This document shows, one piece after another, positions 44,230-57,641 of a DNA stretch of 64,000 nt (its first letter is position 1; every line of letters begins with the position of its first letter). Under the pieces are notes generated by a model. It was not told the DNA's origin. It was given only the letters and a program-made list of their open reading frames with translations, and did not search any database. The translations under genes and the position numbers were made by a program. This stretch comes from an uncultured Dehalococcoidia bacterium (GTDB lineage Bacteria > Chloroflexota > Dehalococcoidia > Lucifugimonadales > Australimonadaceae): assembly GCA_964560025.1 (NCBI GenBank), contig CAZLKC010000005.1, forward strand, positions 41,102 through 105,101. Reading direction: 5' to 3'.

Positions 44230-44526
44230 CTAACACCCCTGCGTTGACCAGTCCTCGGTAACCACCTCTTCGGCGGGGCGCTGCCAGACGCGGTTCAGCG
44301 CCATGTGCGCCTTGGCCGTGTCGCTCTCCATCTCCCAGTCGAGCGCCATAGCGAGGTAGCCGAGGTTGGATTGGACGAGGCGGAGCGTGTCGATGGCCTT
44401 GCGCTCGCCGCGGTGCTTCCGGCACCACTTGAGCGTGTCGATGGCGTCATCCAGACCCTTGCGGATCTGGCTCTCCAACTCCTTGTGCAGTTCGTCGGTG
44501 GTGGGGGCGACGTTCGTCCAGGTCAT
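44230..44526 (-). CDS. Hypothetical 98-aa protein
   Basis: The ATG at 44526 is preceded by GGAGACG. The composition is non-repetitive (MTWTNVAPTTDELHKELESQIRKG…). I recognise no family. Confidence 0.5.
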   Translation of the reverse strand: MTWTNVAPTTDELHKELESQIRKGLDDAIDTLKWCRKHRGERKAIDTLRLVQSNLGYLAMALDWEMESDTAKAHMALNRVWQRPAEEVVTEDWSTQGC

Positions 44527-44575
44527 AAGCGTCTCCGTAGTGGCGGGCGCTCGTATTCTACTACGGGGCGCGCCC

Positions 44576-45667
44576 CTAGCTGGGCGTGATGACGCCGCGC
44601 CCGACCGCGCCACGCTCGAGCTCGTCGTAGGCCTCGTTGATCTCGTCGAGGCGGTAGCGGCGGGTGATGAGGCCGCCCACGTCGATCTTGCCCGCGTTGG
44701 TCAACTCGACCATCCGATGCATGTCGTTGGCGGGGATAGCGGAGCCGTAGTAGCTGCCTTTGATCACCTTCTCCTGCCGCACCAACTGGACGGCGTCGAC
44801 GCCGAACTGCTCTCCCACCGGGGCGAGGCCGGCGATGACGACCGTGCCGCGCTTGCGGGCGGCGTCGAACGCCGCCGTCGACGTCTCCGTCGAGCCGAAC
44901 GCCTCGAAGGTGAAATCCGCGCCGCCGTCCGTCAACTCGCGGACGCGCTTCACCGGGTCCACGTCGCGCGGGTTGACTACGTCGGTCGCGCCGAAGCGGC
45001 CCGCGAACTCCAGCGCCGCGTCGTTCACGTCCACGGCGATGATCTTGCCCGCGCCCGACAGCCGCGCGCCCTGGACGATGTTCAGCCCCACGCCGCCGAC
45101 GCCGAAGACGGCGACGGACGTGCCGGGGCGCACCTCGCCGCAGAAGAGCGCCGCGCCCACGCCGGTGGTTACGCTGCATCCGATGAGCGCCGCCTGCTCC
45201 AGCGGGAAGTCGTCGGCGATGGGAATGCAGCCAGTCTCGGGGACGACGGCTTGCTCGGCGAAGCAGGCGACCTTGCCCATATGGGCGAGGTCTTCGCCGC
45301 CTGCGTGGAGGCGGACGGTGCGGTCGAACAGCGTGCCCGCCGTGGCCATATGCAGGTCGCACAGGTTGGCGTGTCCGCTCAGGCAGGAGAGGCATTGGCC
45401 GCAGTGAGGCGCGAAGGAGAGGATGACGTGGTCGCCGGGCTTGACGCGGCTGACGTGGCCGCCGACCTCCTCGACCACGGCGGAGCCCTCGTGCCCCAGG
45501 ACGGCGGGCGTGCGGATGGCGGCGGCGCCGTGCATGAAGTGCAGGTCGCTGCGGCACACTCCGGCTGCGGCGATTCGCACACGCACCTCGTGCTCCTTGG
45601 GCGGGTCGAGCTCCACCTCCTCGATCGAGAGGGGCTTGTTGACCTCGCGCAGAACCGCTGCCTTCAT
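44576..45667 (-). CDS. Zinc-dependent alcohol dehydrogenase (class III / thiol-formaldehyde-DH-like)
   Basis: GVCRSDLH, GHEGSAVVEEVG, CGQCLSCLSG, GVGGVG. Confidence 0.92.
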   Translation of the reverse strand: MKAAVLREVNKPLSIEEVELDPPKEHEVRVRIAAAGVCRSDLHFMHGAAAIRTPAVLGHEGSAVVEEVGGHVSRVKPGDHVILSFAPHCGQCLSCLSGHANLCDLHMATAGTLFDRTVRLHAGGEDLAHMGKVACFAEQAVVPETGCIPIADDFPLEQAALIGCSVTTGVGAALFCGEVRPGTSVAVFGVGGVGLNIVQGARLSGAGKIIAVDVNDAALEFAGRFGATDVVNPRDVDPVKRVRELTDGGADFTFEAFGSTETSTAAFDAARKRGTVVIAGLAPVGEQFGVDAVQLVRQEKVIKGSYYGSAIPANDMHRMVELTNAGKIDVGGLITRRYRLDEINEAYDELERGAVGRGVITPS

Positions 45668-45732
45668 CTCTACCTCCTGAGCAGCGCGCCCACCCGGCTA
45701 GCGCGGCGCGAGGCACAAGCCGCCATGCGGGC

Positions 45733-46137
45733 CTACGCCTTCGCCTTGGGCCGCAGCCAGAACATCACGGCGACGATGAGGCCGACCGCGAGCATCGCCA
45801 GGCCGGTTAGCCAATGGAATTCGTACACCATCGCGGCCATCGCAACCGCCGCGCCCAAGATCAGCACGAGCACCACGCCCAGACCTTCCGTCGGCGCCTT
45901 GGGGACGTAGCGCGCACGAAACTCGGCGCGGCGGCGCGCTTCTTCGGCCAGCGCCTCGGGCGAACCGTAGAGAGGCTGCGAGGCGTCCGGCTGCGGCCTG
46001 CCCCAGAACATCAGCGCGACGGCCACGCCTATGAGCGCCATCACTAGTCCCGACGCCCACGGCATCTCGTAGACGAGGGCGGCGGTGAGCGCCGCGCCCG
46101 CAAGGACGATCAGCGTAACGGCGGCGAACTCGCGCAT
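45733..46137 (-). CDS. Four-helix membrane protein built from an internal duplication
   Basis: VYEMPWASGLVMALIGVAVALMFWGRPQP and VYEFHWLTGLAMLAVGLIVAVMFWLRPKA are repeats. Confidence 0.6.
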   Translation of the reverse strand: MREFAAVTLIVLAGAALTAALVYEMPWASGLVMALIGVAVALMFWGRPQPDASQPLYGSPEALAEEARRRAEFRARYVPKAPTEGLGVVLVLILGAAVAMAAMVYEFHWLTGLAMLAVGLIVAVMFWLRPKAKA

Positions 46138-46172
46138 CGTGCCTCCTAGCGCCGGGCTGCGCGCATCATAGC

Positions 46173-47369
46173 CTATCGCGCGACGCCGAACGCTATCGCC
46201 CGCTCGCCCGGGTCTTCCGACGCGTTCATGCGGGCGGCGACGGCGGCGACTAGGCGGCCTCCCTCCGTCTGCTCCCAGAACCAGCGATGCAAGTCGGCGC
46301 GGTCTACGCCCGGGCGCTGGGCCATCCGCGCCTCGTAGTAGAACGCCTTGAGGTCGTCAACGGCGTAGCGGACGAACTGAGCCAGACGCAGGTCGGACGG
46401 CCGCTCGTCAGTGTCGGCCTCCCCTTCCATACGCTCGTAGTCGTAGAGGAAGCGCACGAGGGCGCGGAAGCGGCGCGCGGACACGCGGCTCAGGCCTACG
46501 GCGGTGCGTCCGCCGTTGTCCGCCACCCACCGCTCGTGGTAGGGGCGGAGGCGCGCAACTTCGTCCGTCGCGTTTTCGTCCGGCGGCGCCTCCGGCGTGG
46601 CCCGCGAGGCTTGGAGCAATTCGACGGAGCCCGTCTCCTCCTCCGGCCACACAGCCAAGACCGGCGTCTCATCCATCGGAAGCAACGCAAGGGCGGAGCG
46701 CAGCACGCGGAGCTGCAAGTCGGCGTCCTTAGGCCACCCGAACGCCATGCCGAACGGAAAAGGGACGGCCAAAACGCGCGGAGGCTTGACGCGTTCCGCG
46801 TGCTCCCTCACCAGCGCCACGCCGACCGTCGGCAGGCCCGCCTCCTCGAACACGCGCGCAATCACACACAACGTGTGCGTGCAAAGCGGTCAAGTGGGGG
46901 TCAGCAGCACCGCGTCGGCACCGTCGTCGATGAGGCGGCGCGCTACCTCCGGCGCGGATTCCTCCGCCGTGCGGCGCGGGTCGCGCTGCGCGCCGAGGAA
47001 GGAGTAGACGCGGGGCGCGAGCGCCCCAACCTCGCCGACGGCAACCAACTCGCGGACGCGGTCGAGGGGCAGCGTTACGTTCAGGTCGGTGTAGATGGCG
47101 GTGCGGTCGAACCCGATGCTGGTGTGGCTCTGCAACACGTCGGCGGGATTCGCGTCGGCGGGGAAGACGCGGTAGGTGTGGTCGGGCGGCGTGGTGTGGC
47201 GGAAGGGCGCGTCGTCCCGCAGGTGCAGCCCCGCCGTGGTTACGACGACGAGCGTGGATTCGGCAAGCGGCTTGCGCAGCGGCGCGGAGGGCGCGTCGTC
47301 GTGCTCCAACGCCGGAAAGTTCAGTAGCGTGGTTCGTTCGACTTCGCTGAGGCGTTCGAGGAGGGGCAT
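46173..47369 (-). CDS. GrdB-family (glycine/sarcosine/betaine/D-proline reductase component B-like) protein with an in-frame TGA at 46890-46892, a probable selenocysteine
   Basis: Track ORFs 46890..47369 and 46173..46871 are in the same frame, 7 codons apart. Reading through gives …[33 protein letters not shown]…, matching the GrdB T-U-x-x-C…AG(I/L)P(T/V)V region. There is a strong SD before 47369 and none before the TTG at 46871. Confidence 0.75.
46863..46879 (-). other. Candidate bacterial SECIS hairpin
   Basis: The mRNA reads UGA-CCGCUUUGCA-CGCACAC-GUU-GUGUGUG. This is a 17-nt hairpin (7 bp including one G-U) starting 11 nt after the UGA, with GU in the apical loop. Confidence 0.5.
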
Positions 47370-47409
47370 TCGTTTCTCCTTCCAGGCGAGATAGCCAAGG
47401 CCGGGAGCG

Positions 47410-51593
<4,184 letters not shown>

Positions 51594-51594
<1 letters not shown>

Positions 51595-52199
51595 TGTGGG
51601 CGCGCTTGCGCCAGCGCCGCGCGGCGCATCGCGCAGAGCGCGCGGAGCGCTGGGTGGTCATCGGCCTCGGCAACCCGGGCGCGCAGTATGAGGGCTCGCG
51701 CCACAACGTCGGCTTCCGCTGCGTAGACCTGCTGGCCGAGCAGTGCGGCGTAGCCCTCAACGAGCGCCGCAGGCTGGTGGTGCTCGGGCAGGGGCGTGTC
51801 GAGGGCAGCGAGGCGGCGCTCGCCAAGCCGCGCACCTACGTCAACCGCAGCGGCGAGGCGGCGGCCTATCTGCGTCAGCGCTTCGGCGCGCCGCTCTCGC
51901 GCATGCTCGTCGTGCTGGACGATATGGACCTGCCCCTCGGACGCATCCGCATCCGCCCGTCGGGCGGCTCCGGCGGCCACAACGGGCTGAACTCCATCAA
52001 CGAATCGCTCGGCAGCCAGGATTACCCGCGCCTGCGCGTCGGCGTAGGCCGCCCCGAGTCGGGCGCGATAGCCCACGTGCTGGGCGGCTTCAACTCAGGT
52101 GAGCAGGAGGCGGCGGACGCGGCGCTCACACGGGCGGTGGAGGCGGTGAAGGCCATCATCGCCTCCGACATCGACGCCGCGATGAACGAATACAATTGA
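51594..52199 (+). CDS. pth: Peptidyl-tRNA hydrolase
   Basis: VIGLGNPG…YEGSRHNVGF…GGHNGL…. Its start forms a TGATG overlap with the ligA stop. Confidence 0.9.
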
Positions 52200-54070
52200 T
52201 GGCCGCCCGCCGCCGCGCGCTCTTGGCGTCCGCCGCCGCGCTCGCCCTGGCGCTCGCCTCCGCGTGCCATTCCGGCGCGCCGCCAACGCCAACCGTAACC
52301 ACCGCGCCCGCTCCGTCTCCCAGCGCCACGCATCCGGCGCTCGCCGCCGCGCTCCCCAAGCCCCCGGACGCCGACCGCTTCGACCTCGCCCAGCGCTACC
52401 TGGGCGTCGAGAGCACGCCGCTGCCGCCGGAGCGTCTCTACCGCGACGAGGCTGCCGGACAGCGCGAGACCTTCACGCTGCTCGACGTGGTCGCCCAGGA
52501 GCCTTACCAGGTCGCGGCGACGCTGCAGCGCGTGAGCGAGCACGCGCTTTGGTACGTTGAGGATGGGTTGGACGTGGAAGACGACGCCCTTGCGGAGGCG
52601 GCCAAGCGCTACGACGAGACGATTCATCCCGGCGTCTTCCGCCTGACCGCGCCGGGGCAGTCGTTCCCCGGCCGCCTCACCATTGTGGTTGCGCGTCTGC
52701 GCGGGGGGGTGGCCGGCTACGTAACCGAGTTGGACACGCTGCCCAAGGCGGTCTATCCCCACAGCAACGAGCGCGCCGCGCTGATGATGCACCTCGGCGC
52801 GCCCATCGACAGCCCCGCCTTCACCGGCACGCTGGCGCACGAACTCCAGCACGCCGTCCACCGCCTCGCCGACGACGCGGAGGAAGGATGGCTGAACGAG
52901 GGGCTGTCGGAGTACGCGGTGCGCGCGCTGGGTCTCCACGCCTTCCCCTTCTTCCCCTACCTGAACTACCCCGAAGCCTCCCTGACCGATTGGCCGTTGG
53001 CGCTGTCGGGCGCCGCGCCTAACTACGCCGCCGCGTCGCTCTTCCTCACCTACCTCGCGTCGCGCGTCGGCGGCGCAGCGCCCCTAGCCGAACTCTCCGC
53101 CGAGCAGCGCGACGGCGTGGAGGCGGTCGACGCGCTCGTCCGCCGCGAACTCCCCGGCGCCGACTTCGAGGGCGTATTCGGCGACTGGCTCGCGTCCAAC
53201 GTAGCCGACGCCGCCGAGGGCAGGTTCGCCAACCCCTTCGCCGCGCGCAAAGCCTCCGTAGCGCGGTGGGTCAAACACCCGGGCGAACTGACGGGGCGCG
53301 CGCCGCAGTTCGGCGCGTGGTACTTGGGCGTGGACGCGCCCCAGCCGCTCCACGCCGTCTTCGAGGGACGGGCAAGCACGGCCGTCATCCCCGAGCCGCC
53401 GCTGGAAGGCGATTCCTGCTGGTGGGGCAACGCCGCCGACGGCGCGAACGCGCGCCTCACGCGCGAATTCGACCTGACCGGCGCGGCAAGCGCGACGCTC
53501 CGCTTCTCGCACTGGCACAAGATTGAGGAGGGATGGGACTACGCCTACGTGTCCGCCTCGCGGGACGGCGAGCGGTGGGAGGCGCTCCCCGCAACGGGGA
53601 CGACCTCCGAGAACCTGCTCGGCATCGCCTTAGGCCCGGCGTACACGGGCGCGTCGGGCGGCTGGACGAACGCCGAGGCGTCCCTTGACGATTACGCGGG
53701 CGGCGTGGCGCACGTGCGTTTCGAGTACGTAACCGACGAGGCCACCCACGGCGCGGGCTGGTGCATCGACGCCATCGAGTTGGCGGAGGCGGGATTCATG
53801 GACGGAGCAGAGGACGACCTCGGTGGTTGGACGGCGGAGGGGTTCGTGCGCTTGCCCAGGGGCGGCGTGGCGCAGCCCTACGCGCTCCGCGTAGTAACAG
53901 GGGAGGGCGCCGACCTAGAAGTGCGCGCGATCGACGTGGACGCAGATGGGCGCGCCGTCTTCCCCATCGAGGGGCGGACGATCATCGCCGTCTCCGGCCT
54001 CGCCCCCGCCACGCGCCAACCCGCCGAGTTCACGCTGCGGCTGACGGCGGCGCCCGATTCGCCCGCGTAG
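52196..54070 (+). CDS. Secreted/lipoprotein zinc metallopeptidase (MA clan; HELQH…WLNEGLSEY)
   Basis: Signal/lipobox-like N-terminus (LALALASAC) and an HExxH plus downstream NEG gluzincin pattern. The ATG at 52199 is an equally likely start. Confidence 0.75.
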   Translation: MMAARRRALLASAAALALALASACHSGAPPTPTVTTAPAPSPSATHPALAAALPKPPDADRFDLAQRYLGVESTPLPPERLYRDEAAGQRETFTLLDVVAQEPYQVAATLQRVSEHALWYVEDGLDVEDDALAEAAKRYDETIHPGVFRLTAPGQSFPGRLTIVVARLRGGVAGYVTELDTLPKAVYPHSNERAALMMHLGAPIDSPAFTGTLAHELQHAVHRLADDAEEGWLNEGLSEYAVRALGLHAFPFFPYLNYPEASLTDWPLALSGAAPNYAAASLFLTYLASRVGGAAPLAELSAEQRDGVEAVDALVRRELPGADFEGVFGDWLASNVADAAEGRFANPFAARKASVARWVKHPGELTGRAPQFGAWYLGVDAPQPLHAVFEGRASTAVIPEPPLEGDSCWWGNAADGANARLTREFDLTGAASATLRFSHWHKIEEGWDYAYVSASRDGERWEALPATGTTSENLLGIALGPAYTGASGGWTNAEASLDDYAGGVAHVRFEYVTDEATHGAGWCIDAIELAEAGFMDGAEDDLGGWTAEGFVRLPRGGVAQPYALRVVTGEGADLEVRAIDVDADGRAVFPIEGRTIIAVSGLAPATRQPAEFTLRLTAAPDSPA

Positions 54071-54115
54071 TTCCTCCGCCTCGACGGCATAGCGGGTGCG
54101 GCGCCCCTTCTTGTA

Positions 54116-54136
54116 GGGGCGACCTGCCGGTCGCCC
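54116..54136. repeat. REP-like hairpin GGGGCGACC-TGCC-GGTCGCCC (possible terminator after the peptidase gene)
   Basis: 8-bp GC stem 45 nt after the stop, followed by TCTTCC. Confidence 0.5.
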
Positions 54137-54285
54137 TCTTCCGCGCCTCCTGATCACGTTATGCCTAGGACAAGGGAGGACGTGACCCAAACGGGGCAGG
54201 GCGGCGCTAGTAGAATGCGCGCGCGGCTAGTCTAGGCTGCGGAGCAGGGGAGGGCGCCATCGACCGCGTTACGCCGAACCGATGG

Positions 54286-54780
54286 TTGTGGGGCGCGGGC
54301 GTCGGCGTCGTGGCGCTGGCGCTCGCCGCGGTCATCGTCGCGCTCACCGTCGACCGGGGCGTGGACGCGCTCGACCCCGGCACGCCGGAGGGAGTGGTGC
54401 AGCGCTACCTCCAAGCCATCACGGAGAGCGATCACGACGCCGCCTACGCGCTCCTCGGCGAAGAGGCGCAGGCCGACTGCGCCCTCGATAGCTTCATCGA
54501 CGCGCTCGATCGGCGCGACGTCTACCGCGAGACGAGCTTCAGCGCGCGGTTGACGGACGTACGCGTGCGCGGCGATTCGGCGACCGTGTGGGTGTGGATC
54601 GAGGAGCGGTACGCGCCGCGCCGGGGGCTGGCCTACGCGCCGCTTTACGAGCCACGCTCCGGCTACGAAGAGCCGTACCGCCTAGACTGGACGGACGCGG
54701 GCTGGCGGCTCGCCGAACTCGGCTATCCCGCATGGTCGTGCCCCTCGCCGCGCCCGCGCACCCTAGAGCCTGCCTCGTAG
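54286..54780 (+). CDS. Hypothetical N-terminally anchored protein (164 aa)
   Basis: Single N-terminal TM helix (GVGVVALALAAVIVALTV) followed by a soluble domain. I recognise no family. Confidence 0.55.
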   Translation: MWGAGVGVVALALAAVIVALTVDRGVDALDPGTPEGVVQRYLQAITESDHDAAYALLGEEAQADCALDSFIDALDRRDVYRETSFSARLTDVRVRGDSATVWVWIEERYAPRRGLAYAPLYEPRSGYEEPYRLDWTDAGWRLAELGYPAWSCPSPRPRTLEPAS

Positions 54781-54793
54781 GAGATAGGAGATC

Positions 54794-56566
54794 ATGGAGC
54801 AAGTCTTCTTCGCGCTGGCGAGCCTGCTGCCTACGCTGGTGCTGGTGGGCATCGTCGTCGGGCTGATCGCGCTCGTGCGGCGGCGCGAGGGAGGCGAGGG
54901 ACTCAGCGCCGCCGCCGTGCGCCAATTCTTCCTCTACGTCGTCGCCTTCGTCGCCCTGTTCGTCGCAAGCGGCGGCGTCCACGCCTTGCTGGCGGCGCTC
55001 TTGCCCGGCAGCGACCTGCTCGTGGACGACCCTGCGCCCGCCGCCTTCGCCCTGGCCGCCGTCATCACCGGCGCGCCCGTCTGGCTCCTCTTCTTGCGGC
55101 TAGGAGCGCGCAGCGCCGGAGAGCAGCCCGGCGACGTGTGGTCGTCCAGCCTCTATCTGTACGGCGTCCTGGCCGTCAGCGCCGCCCTCTTCGCCGGGTT
55201 CGCCATCGCACTCTTGGGGGGGCTGCTCGACCTCGACGCTCGCCCCGAGGTTATCGGCGGCGTAGTCGCGTGGGGCGCGGTCTGGGGTTACCACTGGCGA
55301 CTCCACGCCGCGCAAGGCGCGCCCGACGAGCGCGACGAATGGTCGATGGCGCTGCGCCGCCTCTACTTCTATGCCACCTCCGCCCTCAGCTTCGCGGTGA
55401 TGCTCGCGGGCGCGGGAGTGCTGCTTGCGACCGTCCTCGACGCGGCGTACGGCGCGCTCTTCACGACGTCCATCGTCGGGAGTGCGGGCGCCTTCAACGC
55501 CGAGAGCCTGCGCATCGGCGCGTCCCTCGCCCTCGTCGGCGCGCCTGCGTGGTGGTGGCACTGGCTGCGCGCCTCCAGCGGCGACGAGCGCTCGTGGATA
55601 CGCCAATGGCTGGTGTACGGCCTCGGCGTGTTCGGAGGCACGGCGACGGCGGTCGCCTTCGGGGCCATGCTGCTTGGCCGCGCGCTCTACTGGGCGTTGG
55701 AGCCGCAATCGCGCGGTGTCGCGCAGGAATTGGAAGTTGCGCCCGTGGCCGTCGCGGGTCTGACGGCGAGCATGGCCGCGTGGGGCTATCACGCGTGGAT
55801 CGCCCGCAAGGAGGAGGGACTCGGCCCCGGCACGCAGGGCATGCGCGCCTACCGCCACTTGATGGCCGCCGTCGGGCTAGGGACGCTGAGCGTCGGAACG
55901 ATCTCTCTGATAGCGGTGCTGATTGGGCTGGCCTCTCCCTCGGTCCGCGTGCTCGTTGACCAGAGCCGCTGGTGGTCCGCCGAACTCTCCGTGGCGCTCA
56001 CCGCGTTGAGCGTCGGCGCGCCGCTGTGGGCCTACCAGTGGAGGCGCTTGCAGCGCGAGGCGGAAACGGACGAGGAGCGCCACTCGCTGCCGCGCCGCTT
56101 GACCATCTTCACCGTTTTCGGCGCGTCGGCGCTCAGCGCGATGGGCGCGTTCATCGCCTTGCTCTCTACCCTGCTGCTGCGCCTCTTCGAGAACGATCTC
56201 ACCGCCGACGTCTTCTATGACGCGCGCTTGGCGATCGCCGTGCTGCTGACGGCGGGCGCCGTGGGCGCCTACTACGCCCTCGTGCTGCGCGAAGACCGCG
56301 CCGCCGCGCCGGAGCGCCCCGCGAGCGTCGAGCGCCCGCGCAAGCGCGTCCTGTTGGCGGCGGGTGCGGACGCGCGCGCCCTGGCGGACGAACTGCGCCG
56401 CGTCCCCGGCTGGCGCGTTACGATGCTCGAACGCGCCGACGCTCCGCCCGCGCGTGAGGTGGACGCCGCCGCACTGATAGAGCGCGTAGCCGCCGCGCCG
56501 ACGCCCGACGTGCTCGTGGTCTTGGACGAATCGAGCGCGGACGTCATCGCCTACCGCCAGGCGTGA
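54794..56566 (+). CDS. Multi-pass integral membrane protein (about 12 or more TM helices, Trp-rich repeats, cytoplasmic C-terminal domain)
   Basis: Long hydrophobic ORF with recurring …WWxWxR… segments. Function unknown. Confidence 0.7.
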   Translation: MEQVFFALASLLPTLVLVGIVVGLIALVRRREGGEGLSAAAVRQFFLYVVAFVALFVASGGVHALLAALLPGSDLLVDDPAPAAFALAAVITGAPVWLLFLRLGARSAGEQPGDVWSSSLYLYGVLAVSAALFAGFAIALLGGLLDLDARPEVIGGVVAWGAVWGYHWRLHAAQGAPDERDEWSMALRRLYFYATSALSFAVMLAGAGVLLATVLDAAYGALFTTSIVGSAGAFNAESLRIGASLALVGAPAWWWHWLRASSGDERSWIRQWLVYGLGVFGGTATAVAFGAMLLGRALYWALEPQSRGVAQELEVAPVAVAGLTASMAAWGYHAWIARKEEGLGPGTQGMRAYRHLMAAVGLGTLSVGTISLIAVLIGLASPSVRVLVDQSRWWSAELSVALTALSVGAPLWAYQWRRLQREAETDEERHSLPRRLTIFTVFGASALSAMGAFIALLSTLLLRLFENDLTADVFYDARLAIAVLLTAGAVGAYYALVLREDRAAAPERPASVERPRKRVLLAAGADARALADELRRVPGWRVTMLERADAPPAREVDAAALIERVAAAPTPDVLVVLDESSADVIAYRQA

Positions 56567-56678
56567 CGCGCCGCAGCGCAGAGGCAATTGGGCGCGAATC
56601 CGCCGCCATCGGGCGCTTGCAGGGCGGGTTGCGCGCGCCTAACATTACTAGGTAGGGGGCTCCCCTCACCACGCTCCT

Positions 56679-57638
56679 ATGGTCTTCCGCCTATTCCGCA
56701 AGAAAGAGACGACGCACCGAGCATTAGCGCGCACGCGCCAAGGCTGGAGCGGCGGCATCCGCTCCCTGTTCGAGGGTGCGGCGCTGAACGACGAGGCGCT
56801 GTGGGAAGGGCTAGAGGAGGCGCTGATCGCGGCGGACGTGGGCGTGGGCGCGTCGCTTGGACTGGTGAACGCGGTGCGGGCGCGCGTTAGGGCGGAGGGC
56901 GCGGCGGACGCGGACGCGGTGGCGGAGCTGTTCAAGGAGGAGATGGCGCTGCTGCTGGACCCGGCCGACCCGTCGATATGGGACTGGTACGACCAGCCGG
57001 AACTGCCGGCCAAGCCATTCGTGCTGCTGGTGGTGGGCGTGAACGGCACAGGCAAGACGACGAGCGTGGCGAAGTTGGCGCATCACTACGGGCGGATGGG
57101 CAAGCGGGTGGCCGTGGGGGCGTGCGACACCTTCCGCGCGGCGGCCATCGAGCAGATGAAGACGTGGGGCAAGCGCCTGCAGGTGGACGTCGTGGCGCAT
57201 CAGCAAGGCTCCGACCCGGCGGCGGTGGCGTTCGACGCCTACCAAGCCGCGTCGGCGCGCGGCGCCGACCTGCTCATCCTCGACACGGCGGGGCGCCTCC
57301 ACAACAAGGCGCACCTGCTGGAGGAATTGCGCAAGATCAAGCGCGTGCTGGAGCGTCAAGACGCCGCCGCGCCGCACCAGACGCTCCTCGTGCTGGACGC
57401 CACGACGGGGCACAATGGGTTGGAGCAGGCGCGCGCGTTCAAAGACGCGCCGGGACTGGACGCGGTGTTCCTGACCAAACTGGACGGCTCCGCGAAAGGG
57501 GGCATCGTCGTCGCCATCGCGCAGGAGCTGCGGTTGCCCATCGTCTTCATCGGCACGGGAGAGGGGTTGGACGACGTGGCGCTGTTCGACACGGACGAAT
57601 TCGTGGACGCGCTCTTGGAAGAGCGGCAACCCGCCTAG
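56679..57638 (+). CDS. ftsY: Signal recognition particle receptor FtsY
   Basis: VVGVNGTGKTTS, DTAGRLHNK, TKLDGSAKGG. Confidence 0.93.
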   Translation: MVFRLFRKKETTHRALARTRQGWSGGIRSLFEGAALNDEALWEGLEEALIAADVGVGASLGLVNAVRARVRAEGAADADAVAELFKEEMALLLDPADPSIWDWYDQPELPAKPFVLLVVGVNGTGKTTSVAKLAHHYGRMGKRVAVGACDTFRAAAIEQMKTWGKRLQVDVVAHQQGSDPAAVAFDAYQAASARGADLLILDTAGRLHNKAHLLEELRKIKRVLERQDAAAPHQTLLVLDATTGHNGLEQARAFKDAPGLDAVFLTKLDGSAKGGIVVAIAQELRLPIVFIGTGEGLDDVALFDTDEFVDALLEERQPA

Positions 57639-57641
57639 CCT

